The notes below the pieces were generated by a model. That model had not been told where the DNA came from and did no database searches. It saw nothing but the letters and a program-made list of their open reading frames with translations. Below, piece by piece: positions 55,841 through 64,000 of a DNA stretch of 64,000 bases; positions within the stretch are counted from its first letter, which is position 1; every line of letters begins with the position of its first letter. Location of the stretch: the NCBI GenBank assembly GCA_964644695.1, contig CAZXWN010000012.1, positions 1-64,000 on the forward strand, in the 5' to 3' direction. The stretch comes from an uncultured bacterium (lineage in GTDB: Bacteria; UBP4; UBA4092). Made by a program: the position numbers and the translations under genes.

Positions 55841-58691
55841 TTTTGCTTTCCAATTTATCAATGGATTGGAGTATGACAGTGTCTTCTTTAGCAAGATCTC
55901 TCATGCGTTGAAGAATCTTTTTTGTTTCTTTAGTATTTTTCTTTGCAATCAATAATCCTGCTATAACATCATATTCCATTAAAGTGTTGGATATATCATT
56001 TTCTTTCTCATATTGCTGAACAAGTTTTATGCGAAGAGTCATATCTTGAGAATCAAGCCGGACCATGTTCTGTAGTACCCCGACAATTTCTTTGGTTTTT
56101 CCCGTATTGTCAAGATGACTCAGTAAAAGCTTATATATCTTCATTGCCTCTTGTGGCATTTTTTGAATACGGTAGAGTTCAGCTAATAGATGAAGGCCTT
56201 CCAGTTGATCTGGATAAAGAGAAGACATTTTTCTGAACATGGCTGTAGCTGCAACATAATCTTTTTTTTGAATAAGCTTACGTCCACCGGCAAGAAAACA
56301 TTTAACCCCTTCGTCCTGGTTTCCAATTTTATGAAAGATAGTTCCCATCTTTTCATAAATATCTGTTTGTTCTGGATCCAGTTTCAAAATGGTTTGATAA
56401 ACTGTTGCCGCTTCTTTGAGTTTTTTCTTTTTCAAGAAAGCCTCGGCGAGTTCAGCATAACACTGTATTGCTTGAGGTATCTTGTCTGTCTTCTGATACA
56501 CCTGAGCCATATGAAGTAATGGATCTGGACTGCCAGGAGAGGCTTCCAGTGCTTTGTTAAAACACGAGACGGCTTTAGCCATCTGTCCACTACCTGCATA
56601 AAAGATTCCTGTCTGAGTGTAATACTTTTCAGTTTTAGCTGCATCTTTTGTCTGCGAGCAAGCTAATGCCAATGCCTCTAGAATTTTTATGTTTTTATTA
56701 TCCAGTTGATAGGCTTTCTCTAAAACAGGAACAGCCATGGCTGGACTATTTTTCTTCAAATACAATGCGGATGCTGTAGTCCATTGATTAATAGCATCCG
56801 CTGGTTTGCCAGCAGCTGCCATTAAGTTGCCGATTCGGGTGATGATGCTAGTCTGCGTTTTATCAAGTTTTAGGATATAAGCATAAGTTTTTTGAGCATC
56901 TTCAAAATTGTTCTGCTTTACCTGTTCATAAGCTAATCGGCTGTAACAGCCAAGGGCCCTGTTCTTTTGTCCAATTTGCTGATATAGCTCGCCTTGTAAC
57001 TGGAGTAAGGTCATGCGGCGTTGGTTATATTTAAGGCCTTCTTTGACCAACTTAAGAGCTTCATCCCATCTTTTTTGTTGTTGATATAAAGTAGCCAGAC
57101 GCAGGAGATGGAATACGAATTGTTCCCATCGGGAATTATGTCTGTAGAATTCGAGTAATCCTTCATGGGCTTGCAGAGAATCCGGATTTAATTCAATGAT
57201 TGTATTCAAGAACTTGTATGCGGATGAATAATCTTTTCTGGATTGATACCTTTGAGCCAGGTGTAAAAGATTTTGTTCAGCTTCTTCTTTTCTATCGGTC
57301 TTAATTAGATAATCTGTATATGACTGAAGGATTTCCTCATTATCTGGTTCTAGACCAAGGATTTTCTTCCAATACTCGGCTGCTTTGTCTGTGTCTTTTT
57401 CGTTGAGCGCTTCTAATGCTATTTCCTTATACAACGGAAGCAGCTCAGCCGATTTGCCTGTTTTGATGTATAGCTCTTCCAGTTTACTTTGAATCTGGTG
57501 GTCTTCTGGATTGATCTTTGTTAATTTCTCTAATGTTTGCAGTGCGCCTTCGTAATCTTCACTTTTGGTTTGTAGTTGCGCCAGAGCAGGATACTGGTTT
57601 TTTAGCAGATCTTTATCGCCATTGTCAGCTTCAATTAGTTGGACATATTTTTGTCTTAATATTAAGGAATCAGGAAGTGCAGTAGTGACATCCTTTAGTA
57701 ACAAAAGAGCATCTTTAGTTTTCTTTTCACTTAGCAGGAGCTCAACCGTATCAACCGACAGTTGCCCGGCTTGTTCCATCTGATTGTGGAGGCAATATCC
57801 ACGAATAAGAAGAAGGCGAACCTCAATGTCTCTGGTTTTTGATTTATGGACTTTTTCAAGGAATTGAATGCCACGGCCTTCTTGTCCTTTAATTGTGAGA
57901 TAGAGTTCTCCCGCTTTCTTCATCATTATGGCAGCGTCAGCGGCCTTGTTATTTGCAATTAACAGGGGAACCTGAAGTTCGTACCAGGCCGGATTGTTGG
58001 GGTCATGCTTGGCCATCATTTGATATAAATCCATCAAAAGCAGGTTTTCTTTCAGGACTTGATATCCCGTGATGGCTTTTTTAAGAGATTCCAGAGCTTC
58101 TTTCTTCTGGCCCATACCCAATAATGCTTTTCCCGTTAACTCGTGCAGTTTCGGATTATCAGGCTGGATTTTTAATGCTGACTCAAGCAAGGGTAAGGAT
58201 TCTTGATATTTACCACCTGCTACCAGCTTTTCCAGTGTGCCCGTATCAATAGCCGTCCCGGAAACCTTTTTCTTTTCAATGGGCTTGGCTTTAGTAGGAT
58301 TGATTTTAGCTATTGGTTTCTCAGTCGTTTCAGCAGGTTGAGTTTCTTCTTCAACAGGTGTTTCAACATTGATATCTTCAAGATCAATTCCTAACTTGGT
58401 TGCCCAAAAAATAACCGCATCAAGTCGGGAAATATTCTTTGTTTTTGAATAAAGGTCTAACAGGTCACCACCATTAAATCCAGGACAGTGAGTAAATCCG
58501 CATTTGATAGTATTACGCCCAAGAGTAATGGTGAGGCTTCGGAATAATGATTCATTATGGATGGGGCAGAAACAACGTATAGTATTACCATCGTCATGAA
58601 TAGTATCGGTTCGATATCCGATATCTTCCAAGACGTCATTGGCATTCATTTGCTGATTTAACTGGTCTTCAAACTTTCCCGCACTTTTCAT
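55833..58691 (-). CDS. CHC2 (primase-type) zinc finger fused to a long TPR array
   Basis: CFCPIHNE...S...KCGFTHC...GGDLLDLY, then a linker and ~800 aa of TPR repeats. No TOPRIM motifs. Confidence 0.75.
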   Translation of the reverse strand: MKSAGKFEDQLNQQMNANDVLEDIGYRTDTIHDDGNTIRCFCPIHNESLFRSLTITLGRNTIKCGFTHCPGFNGGDLLDLYSKTKNISRLDAVIFWATKLGIDLEDINVETPVEEETQPAETTEKPIAKINPTKAKPIEKKKVSGTAIDTGTLEKLVAGGKYQESLPLLESALKIQPDNPKLHELTGKALLGMGQKKEALESLKKAITGYQVLKENLLLMDLYQMMAKHDPNNPAWYELQVPLLIANNKAADAAIMMKKAGELYLTIKGQEGRGIQFLEKVHKSKTRDIEVRLLLIRGYCLHNQMEQAGQLSVDTVELLLSEKKTKDALLLLKDVTTALPDSLILRQKYVQLIEADNGDKDLLKNQYPALAQLQTKSEDYEGALQTLEKLTKINPEDHQIQSKLEELYIKTGKSAELLPLYKEIALEALNEKDTDKAAEYWKKILGLEPDNEEILQSYTDYLIKTDRKEEAEQNLLHLAQRYQSRKDYSSAYKFLNTIIELNPDSLQAHEGLLEFYRHNSRWEQFVFHLLRLATLYQQQKRWDEALKLVKEGLKYNQRRMTLLQLQGELYQQIGQKNRALGCYSRLAYEQVKQNNFEDAQKTYAYILKLDKTQTSIITRIGNLMAAAGKPADAINQWTTASALYLKKNSPAMAVPVLEKAYQLDNKNIKILEALALACSQTKDAAKTEKYYTQTGIFYAGSGQMAKAVSCFNKALEASPGSPDPLLHMAQVYQKTDKIPQAIQCYAELAEAFLKKKKLKEAATVYQTILKLDPEQTDIYEKMGTIFHKIGNQDEGVKCFLAGGRKLIQKKDYVAATAMFRKMSSLYPDQLEGLHLLAELYRIQKMPQEAMKIYKLLLSHLDNTGKTKEIVGVLQNMVRLDSQDMTLRIKLVQQYEKENDISNTLMEYDVIAGLLIAKKNTKETKKILQRMRDLAKEDTVILQSIDKLESKIK

Positions 58692-58715
58692 GAATTATAA
58701 GGTAATCCCATATAC

Positions 58716-59072
58716 TTATTTTTTCTGAATGATTTGGTTGTTTTCCCCGCAGACAATGATTGTTGGGTGGTAATTGGGGTCATGCTTCATTTGTAAGAAA
58801 GTGAAAATAACTAATTTATCGCCTGCCACACCATACCGGGCAGCCGCACCATTCAGGCATACCACACCGGACCCTCGTGCCCCTTTAATTAAATAAGTTT
58901 CGAATCGTTCTCCATTGGTGATGTTGGCGACCAGGATTTTCTCATATTCAACCATGTCTGCGGCATCCATTAAGTCCTCATCCAGCATTAAACTGCCTTC
59001 ATAAGTTAATTGGGTATCTGTCACCCTGCAAGTGTGGACTTTTGATCGCAACATAATTCGTTCTAAGGACAT
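58716..59072 (-). CDS. panD: Aspartate 1-decarboxylase
   Basis: MLRSKVH, YEG|S self-cleavage site, NGERFETY and CLNGAAAR. Confidence 0.95.
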   Translation of the reverse strand: MSLERIMLRSKVHTCRVTDTQLTYEGSLMLDEDLMDAADMVEYEKILVANITNGERFETYLIKGARGSGVVCLNGAAARYGVAGDKLVIFTFLQMKHDPNYHPTIIVCGENNQIIQKK

Positions 59073-59127
59073 GGGATATGAGACTCCTTTATTTAGGATT
59101 TAAGGCTTTATTATATCATTGGCGTGT

Positions 59128-59871
59128 TTATTTATCAGAATGAGAGTGAAAGTCTTGTTGTTTATCTGAATTGAGTAAAACTATGATTTCCTCATTTATT
59201 TGGTGGATAGTTTTCTCATCCGGGGTTTCTGGAGAGTATTGATTCAACAAAGATTCGATTCTGCGTGCACACTGCGCTACAATCTCAAATCCATAAGTAG
59301 CGGCAGAACCCGCTAATTTATGTGTTTCCATAATCAGTTTTTTATACAGGTCATCGGATGGTTTTGTTTTGAAGGATTCCCATGTAATTTGTATTTGTTT
59401 GAATTTTTCGGGCAGTCGAAGCTTGTAACTATGATGTGCGGCCTGAAGTTTTTCCTGCATGGATGAATCGGGAGATGTTATTTGATTGGATTCCCAGATT
59501 TGATGGATTTGTTCCGGAAGAGTCATGGGGTCAAATGGTTTGATTATGACATCCAAGGCTCCCATGTTTCGGTATTCATTCAGTTCTTTGGGGAGTACTT
59601 TGGCTGTTAGAAATACTACCGGTGTATATCGTGTTGTATCCAGTTTTCGCAGTGCTGCTAGAGTGGTGGGGCCATCCATATCAGGCATCATTACATCCAG
59701 GATGATTATGTCCGGCTTAAACAGGGTGACCTTTTCGAGCGCTTCCAGACCCGAATTACATGTTTCAACGGTAAAGTGACCTACCAGCTCGAGTGACATT
59801 CTGATAATGTGTTGAATATCAGCATCGTCTTCTACGCAAAGAATTCGTTTTGGTTTGTTTTTACTTGTCAT
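59128..59871 (-). CDS. Response regulator with C-terminal Hpt domain
   Basis: CVEDD, LDVMMP, FLTA and KPFD receiver, plus HKLAGSAATYGF Hpt motif. Confidence 0.88.
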   Translation of the reverse strand: MTSKNKPKRILCVEDDADIQHIIRMSLELVGHFTVETCNSGLEALEKVTLFKPDIIILDVMMPDMDGPTTLAALRKLDTTRYTPVVFLTAKVLPKELNEYRNMGALDVIIKPFDPMTLPEQIHQIWESNQITSPDSSMQEKLQAAHHSYKLRLPEKFKQIQITWESFKTKPSDDLYKKLIMETHKLAGSAATYGFEIVAQCARRIESLLNQYSPETPDEKTIHQINEEIIVLLNSDKQQDFHSHSDK

Positions 59872-59888
59872 ATAAATAACACCCTGTA

Positions 59889-62800
59889 TTAACTGGTTTG
59901 TTTTGTTTCTGCAGAATGGTTGGGATAGGGCAGAATAAAATAGAACTGAGTACCTTTCCCTGGTTCTGATTCATAACCTAATTGACCTTGATGATGGTCA
60001 ATGATGGCCTTACATATACTCAACCCTAAACCAGTACCCCCTTGCTGTCGAGTATCAGACGAATCCGCCTGTGCAAATTTCGAAAAAATATGGGGACGGA
60101 ACTCAAGAGGAATACCATTGCCATAATCTTCAACTGTAACTCGGATTCCAACATCTGTTGAATCAACGATAATATTTATGGGTTTCCCAGGGGGTGAAAA
60201 CTTGGCGGCGTTGGATAGAAGATTGGTCATGACCTGGTGAATCCTCTCTGGATCACCCATCACTGTATCTGAAACCACTCCAAGTTTATTAATGCATTTA
60301 AAAGATACCCCATATTTCACAGCTAACGGTTGGTTGTTTTCCAGTGATTGTTTTACCAAGTTTGATAAAGGCATGGGAACAATATGGTACTGCATTTTCC
60401 CGGACTCTATTTTTTCTAAATCCAATAAATCATTAATGAGTATCATTAATCGTTCACTGTTTCGACAGGCTCGAAGGAGTAGGTCCTGGGTAGAAGGATT
60501 TATGGTGCCTGTAACGCCCCCCATTACTAATTTAAGGCTTCCGATAATAGATGTGAGCGGAGTACGGAGTTCGTGGCTTACGGTCGATATGAATTCATTT
60601 TTGAGCCGGTCAATTTTCTTCCGCTCCGTAATGTTTCGGATAATAACCAGAATTTCTTTTCCACTGGATACTACCAGTCGCGCCTCAAAATCAGAAGTTT
60701 TATGTCCTTTGGTTTGTTGATATTCAAACACCTGTATCTGGTGGTGGCGAAACGCTTTCAGTATATAGGATTGAATTTGTTCCACGATTGGTTGTGAAAA
60801 CAAACTTAAGAGATGGTCACCGACATGGTCTTTTTTGTTTGAGGAACCATGCGAACTCTTATAGTCCAGGATGATCCCATCCGAATTAATCCTCAGTATC
60901 ATATCTGGAATGGCATTTATGAGTGCTCGATTTTTTTCTTCACTGTTCCGCAATGCCTCTTCCATCTGTTTTCGCTCAGTAATGTCCTCACTGATTGCTA
61001 CGACATGCCGAATCCGGTTCTGATCATCACGAACTGGAGAAATCGAAATGCTCTTCCAGTATGGCTCACCATTTTTTCTTTTCGTCTGGATCTCTCCGTG
61101 CCATTCTAAACCTGAATTGAGATTTTGAAGTAATTCAGTTAAATCCGGAAGGGAACTGTTTGTTCTAAAAAACTCAGACTGGGTTCCCACTAATTCGTAT
61201 GAACTAAATCCTGAGATCTGGCAGAATTTAGGATTTACATATTCCACATAACCCTGTGGATCCGTAATCATGACGGCTGCCGGACTCTGTTGCATGGCAG
61301 TGGATAAGGTTTGGATGCTTTCCTCAGTTTTCTTTCGCTCGGTTATATCTAGTGCTGTGCAGATAATGCCGAGTTTCCCGTTAATTTCTATCCGATTGGC
61401 GGAGAAATCTACCCAGCGAATCTCACCGGTCTTGGATGAGAACATAAATTCCTGCCGGGGATAGGTGTCGTCGCTATACAGAAGGTCTGTTATTTGTTGT
61501 TGTAAAAGTTCCTGATGCTCTGGATGTAGTATGTCATTCAGTGGTTTTCCGATAATATCATCTCGATTGTAACCCGTAATCTGAGTGAAAAAGGGATTCA
61601 CATAGATGAGTTGATTGCTTTGAATAATGAAGATGGCAACGGAAGCGGTTTCTGCTAACTGCCGGAATTTATTCTCACTTTCAACCAATGCCAGCTGGGC
61701 ATTTTTGAGTGTCGTAATATCCCGTCCAATACTCTGGTATTCAGCAATGTGTTTATTATCGTCCAGGATAACTCGAGTGCTCCATGACAACCATCGTAAT
61801 CCCTTCTCATGATGTTGAAGAGCATACTCAACCGTGTCTGTGGGATTTTCGGGAGAAAGTCCTGAATAATGTTGGATTAATTGTTTCCGGCTAGTAGGGT
61901 CTAATTCGGGGTGATATCTCTTACCGAGTAAAGATTCTTTTTCTACTCCAAAATATCGACAGAATCCCTCATTTACAAAAGTCAGATCACCACTTGTGTT
62001 TATCCGACAAATTAACTCGGTTTGTTCTTCAACGATGGCACGATACTGCTTCTCAGAAATCCGTAACTCAGATTCTATTTTTTGTCGTTGATTAAGTTCG
62101 TAGCGGAGCATCTGGTTTGTTTTTTCCAAGACGGTCGTTTGGTCTTCATAACGACGATTTAACTCACTGTGGGCCTGATGTTGAACGGTTTCCAGCCTTT
62201 TGTAATGGGTAATATCTTCAAGAATTCCGTCGAAGAGAAGTTGTTCTTCTTCATTATAAAAACTCACCCCTGTCAGTTTCCCCACAAAATTACGGCCCTT
62301 CAGGGATACCAATGGAACTTCTTCGTTCTGTATAAATCCCTGTTTTTTTAGCTTCTCGATAATATGGATTCTATCTTTGGGATTTTTATAGATATGGCTG
62401 GGGGGGGTGTTTAACAGTTGCTCACGCGTCTCTGCATCAAAAAATTTAAGCATTGCCTGGTTTACTTCCAGAAACTGGCCCGGCTGAGACTGGAGAGTTC
62501 TGAATACACCCACACTAAGATTGTTGATTAAAACATGGTAGGGGCCGGCCGGGTCATGGCTGGCAATCGGGCCTACCATAGAATCACTATCCTGGTTTAT
62601 GTGAATGACCTTGCCAATACGGGTTTGTTGATTCGTTTGGGTAAGACTTATTTTGATATGGGGAGAACACTGGGCTGTTAAGATGAGAGTTTTGAATTCA
62701 TTAATATTATGGATGGAGAGAAATTCCTGAGATGTACTATCCAGTAAATCTTTTAGAAAGAGCTTCTGACCAGGGTCTGATGTCAGTCCCAATAAAGATT

Positions 62801-62903
62801 GGGCTACAGAATCCATACATAATATCGAAAGGTCTTCTCCGGTAATAAATACGCCCACAGGAGCTTCGGTTGTAGATGGGTCTGTAGGTATGTTTTTTGC
62901 CAT
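59889..62903 (-). CDS. Cytoplasmic multi-PAS sensor histidine kinase
   Basis: Repeated PAS/PAC ends (EDIT, RDIT, LDIT, EDIT, RNIT), SHELRTPLTSI, NLLSNAAKF and GGTGLGL. No TM. Confidence 0.92.
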   Translation of the reverse strand: MAKNIPTDPSTTEAPVGVFITGEDLSILCMDSVAQSLLGLTSDPGQKLFLKDLLDSTSQEFLSIHNINEFKTLILTAQCSPHIKISLTQTNQQTRIGKVIHINQDSDSMVGPIASHDPAGPYHVLINNLSVGVFRTLQSQPGQFLEVNQAMLKFFDAETREQLLNTPPSHIYKNPKDRIHIIEKLKKQGFIQNEEVPLVSLKGRNFVGKLTGVSFYNEEEQLLFDGILEDITHYKRLETVQHQAHSELNRRYEDQTTVLEKTNQMLRYELNQRQKIESELRISEKQYRAIVEEQTELICRINTSGDLTFVNEGFCRYFGVEKESLLGKRYHPELDPTSRKQLIQHYSGLSPENPTDTVEYALQHHEKGLRWLSWSTRVILDDNKHIAEYQSIGRDITTLKNAQLALVESENKFRQLAETASVAIFIIQSNQLIYVNPFFTQITGYNRDDIIGKPLNDILHPEHQELLQQQITDLLYSDDTYPRQEFMFSSKTGEIRWVDFSANRIEINGKLGIICTALDITERKKTEESIQTLSTAMQQSPAAVMITDPQGYVEYVNPKFCQISGFSSYELVGTQSEFFRTNSSLPDLTELLQNLNSGLEWHGEIQTKRKNGEPYWKSISISPVRDDQNRIRHVVAISEDITERKQMEEALRNSEEKNRALINAIPDMILRINSDGIILDYKSSHGSSNKKDHVGDHLLSLFSQPIVEQIQSYILKAFRHHQIQVFEYQQTKGHKTSDFEARLVVSSGKEILVIIRNITERKKIDRLKNEFISTVSHELRTPLTSIIGSLKLVMGGVTGTINPSTQDLLLRACRNSERLMILINDLLDLEKIESGKMQYHIVPMPLSNLVKQSLENNQPLAVKYGVSFKCINKLGVVSDTVMGDPERIHQVMTNLLSNAAKFSPPGKPINIIVDSTDVGIRVTVEDYGNGIPLEFRPHIFSKFAQADSSDTRQQGGTGLGLSICKAIIDHHQGQLGYESEPGKGTQFYFILPYPNHSAETKQTS

Positions 62904-63008
62904 CCCAATGAGTACCTGTTTTTCCTTCTGAATTTACCGATTGTGCATCATTAATGAGTCTATCAGTATTTTAGGTCTCCATGAGACGAGGTGCAACTCT
63001 ATATAAAT

Positions 63009-63037
63009 GAAAAAGAGGAGTTTTAACTCCTCTTTTC
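63009..63037 (-). terminator. Intrinsic terminator after namZ
   Basis: AAAAGAGGAGTT/AACTCCTCTTTT, with a U tract on the minus strand. Confidence 0.7.
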
Positions 63038-63061
63038 TCAGGTATTCGAAGGGTAATGTGA

Positions 63062-64000
63062 TTAGTAGAGCAGGTAGGATTTCCTTTTTTGATTGAATTC
63101 GGTTAATCCTTGCTCCCATTGTTCAATGACAGGTGTCATGGAGTGGCTTGAAGAAAATACTAAATCGTATTGATCTGTGCCCACTGCCTGATGGAACATC
63201 TTAAGCCGTTCTTCGGACACTTCCATGATTTCCTTGTCTGGATATAGTTTCAAAAGGGTTGAGAAAAGATGGAATCCAACGGCAGTTGGTCTCAGGACTT
63301 TTTTATCTGTAATATGGATTTGGACTCCTCCACAAGGTTCCCCGGTGAACTTGAAGAAATAGGGTCTAAATGTTAGCGGGCGGAAAAGTACTCCGGGCAG
63401 TTGTAATGCATTCATGGCTTCAGCCAATTCTTCAGCCTGAACAAATGGGGCTCCGACCACTTCAAAGGGAAGTGTGTATCCAACACCGGTTGATAAAGAT
63501 AATAGTTCTCCAATAAATCCGGTCATTACATAATGCCAACAGATGGATGCTTGCGGAATCATTGGAGAAGTGAGTACCCAGGGAAGACCTGTATCGGAGA
63601 ACTCCATATCTCGATTCCATCCTTCCATGGGGATTACCGTTAAGTGACAGTTAATATTAAATTCTTTATTGAAGTACATTGCCAGTTCACCTACGGTCAA
63701 TCCATGGGCAACCGGTATTGGGTAAAGTCCAATGAATGAAGAATATTTCGGATCCAGGATGGGCCCATCAATCATGTTACCTGTTATTGGATTGGGCCGG
63801 TCAAGAATAACGAACTCGATTCCTTTTTCACGGGCAGCTTCCATGGCATAGGCCATGGAATAGACGAAAGTATAATAACGCGCTCCGACATCCTGGATAT
63901 CAAAAAGGAAGACATCAATATTTTCCAGCATTTCTGGAGTCGGGCGGCGGGTTTTACCGTACAGGCTGAAAATAGGAATTCCTGTTTTTTCATCGACGCC
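63062..64000 (-). CDS. namZ: Exo-beta-N-acetylmuramidase NamZ (DUF1343), 5' end outside the window
   Basis: The frame stays open to the window edge (GVDEKTGIPIFSLYGKTRRPTPEML). FDIQDVGARYYTF, LDRPNP, HGLTVGELA and GVGYTLPFE. Confidence 0.88.
   Translation of the reverse strand, partial: GVDEKTGIPIFSLYGKTRRPTPEMLENIDVFLFDIQDVGARYYTFVYSMAYAMEAAREKGIEFVILDRPNPITGNMIDGPILDPKYSSFIGLYPIPVAHGLTVGELAMYFNKEFNINCHLTVIPMEGWNRDMEFSDTGLPWVLTSPMIPQASICWHYVMTGFIGELLSLSTGVGYTLPFEVVGAPFVQAEELAEAMNALQLPGVLFRPLTFRPYFFKFTGEPCGGVQIHITDKKVLRPTAVGFHLFSTLLKLYPDKEIMEVSEERLKMFHQAVGTDQYDLVFSSSHSMTPVIEQWEQGLTEFNQKRKSYLLY

Noticed and set aside
55833-58691. DNA primase dnaG
   Set aside because: Only the Zn-binding domain is present, with no TOPRIM EGxxD/DxD motifs.

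Overview
A 64 kb chromosomal segment from a diderm bacterium with moderately low GC (about 40% by eye). The lineage is uncertain. The pilin styles resemble PVC/Omnitrophota-type and Sumerlaeota-type prepilins, which suggests a candidate phylum (inference). Housekeeping content is def, murA, prmC, tRNA-Val, tRNA-Asp, polA-coaE-rho-rpmE-DUF1385-prfA, mnmA, ppiD, rsfS, rlmI, panD and a partial namZ. Interleaved with it is a large type IV filament (T4F) gene set in four parts. (1) A pilS/pilR pair with a consensus sigma54 promoter drives two tandem pilins that share a Cys3-His putative Zn site, and a TMEM260/DUF2723-like glycosyltransferase converges on them. (2) A stand-alone GspG-like pseudopilin. 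(3) A canonical pilMNOPQ operon. (4) The best candidate for an undescribed system: a second, non-canonical module made of a PilM-PilN fusion, a 100-aa truncated GspC/PilP-like protein and a 1419-aa secretin. The secretin has TPRs, a ~290-aa TolA-like Ala/Lys/Glu repeat rod, N0 plus four KH-type N domains, and a beta-rich insert in the last N-domain loop. Other oddities are a primase-type CHC2 Zn finger fused to a long TPR array with no TOPRIM domain, an internally deleted LivJ-like protein, a small palindromic repeat found three times in divergent intergenic regions, and a probable old ~16 kb inversion separating prfA from prmC-murA. No CRISPR array, integrase, transposase or rRNA was seen. 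All calls come from motif recognition by eye, and no database searches were run.
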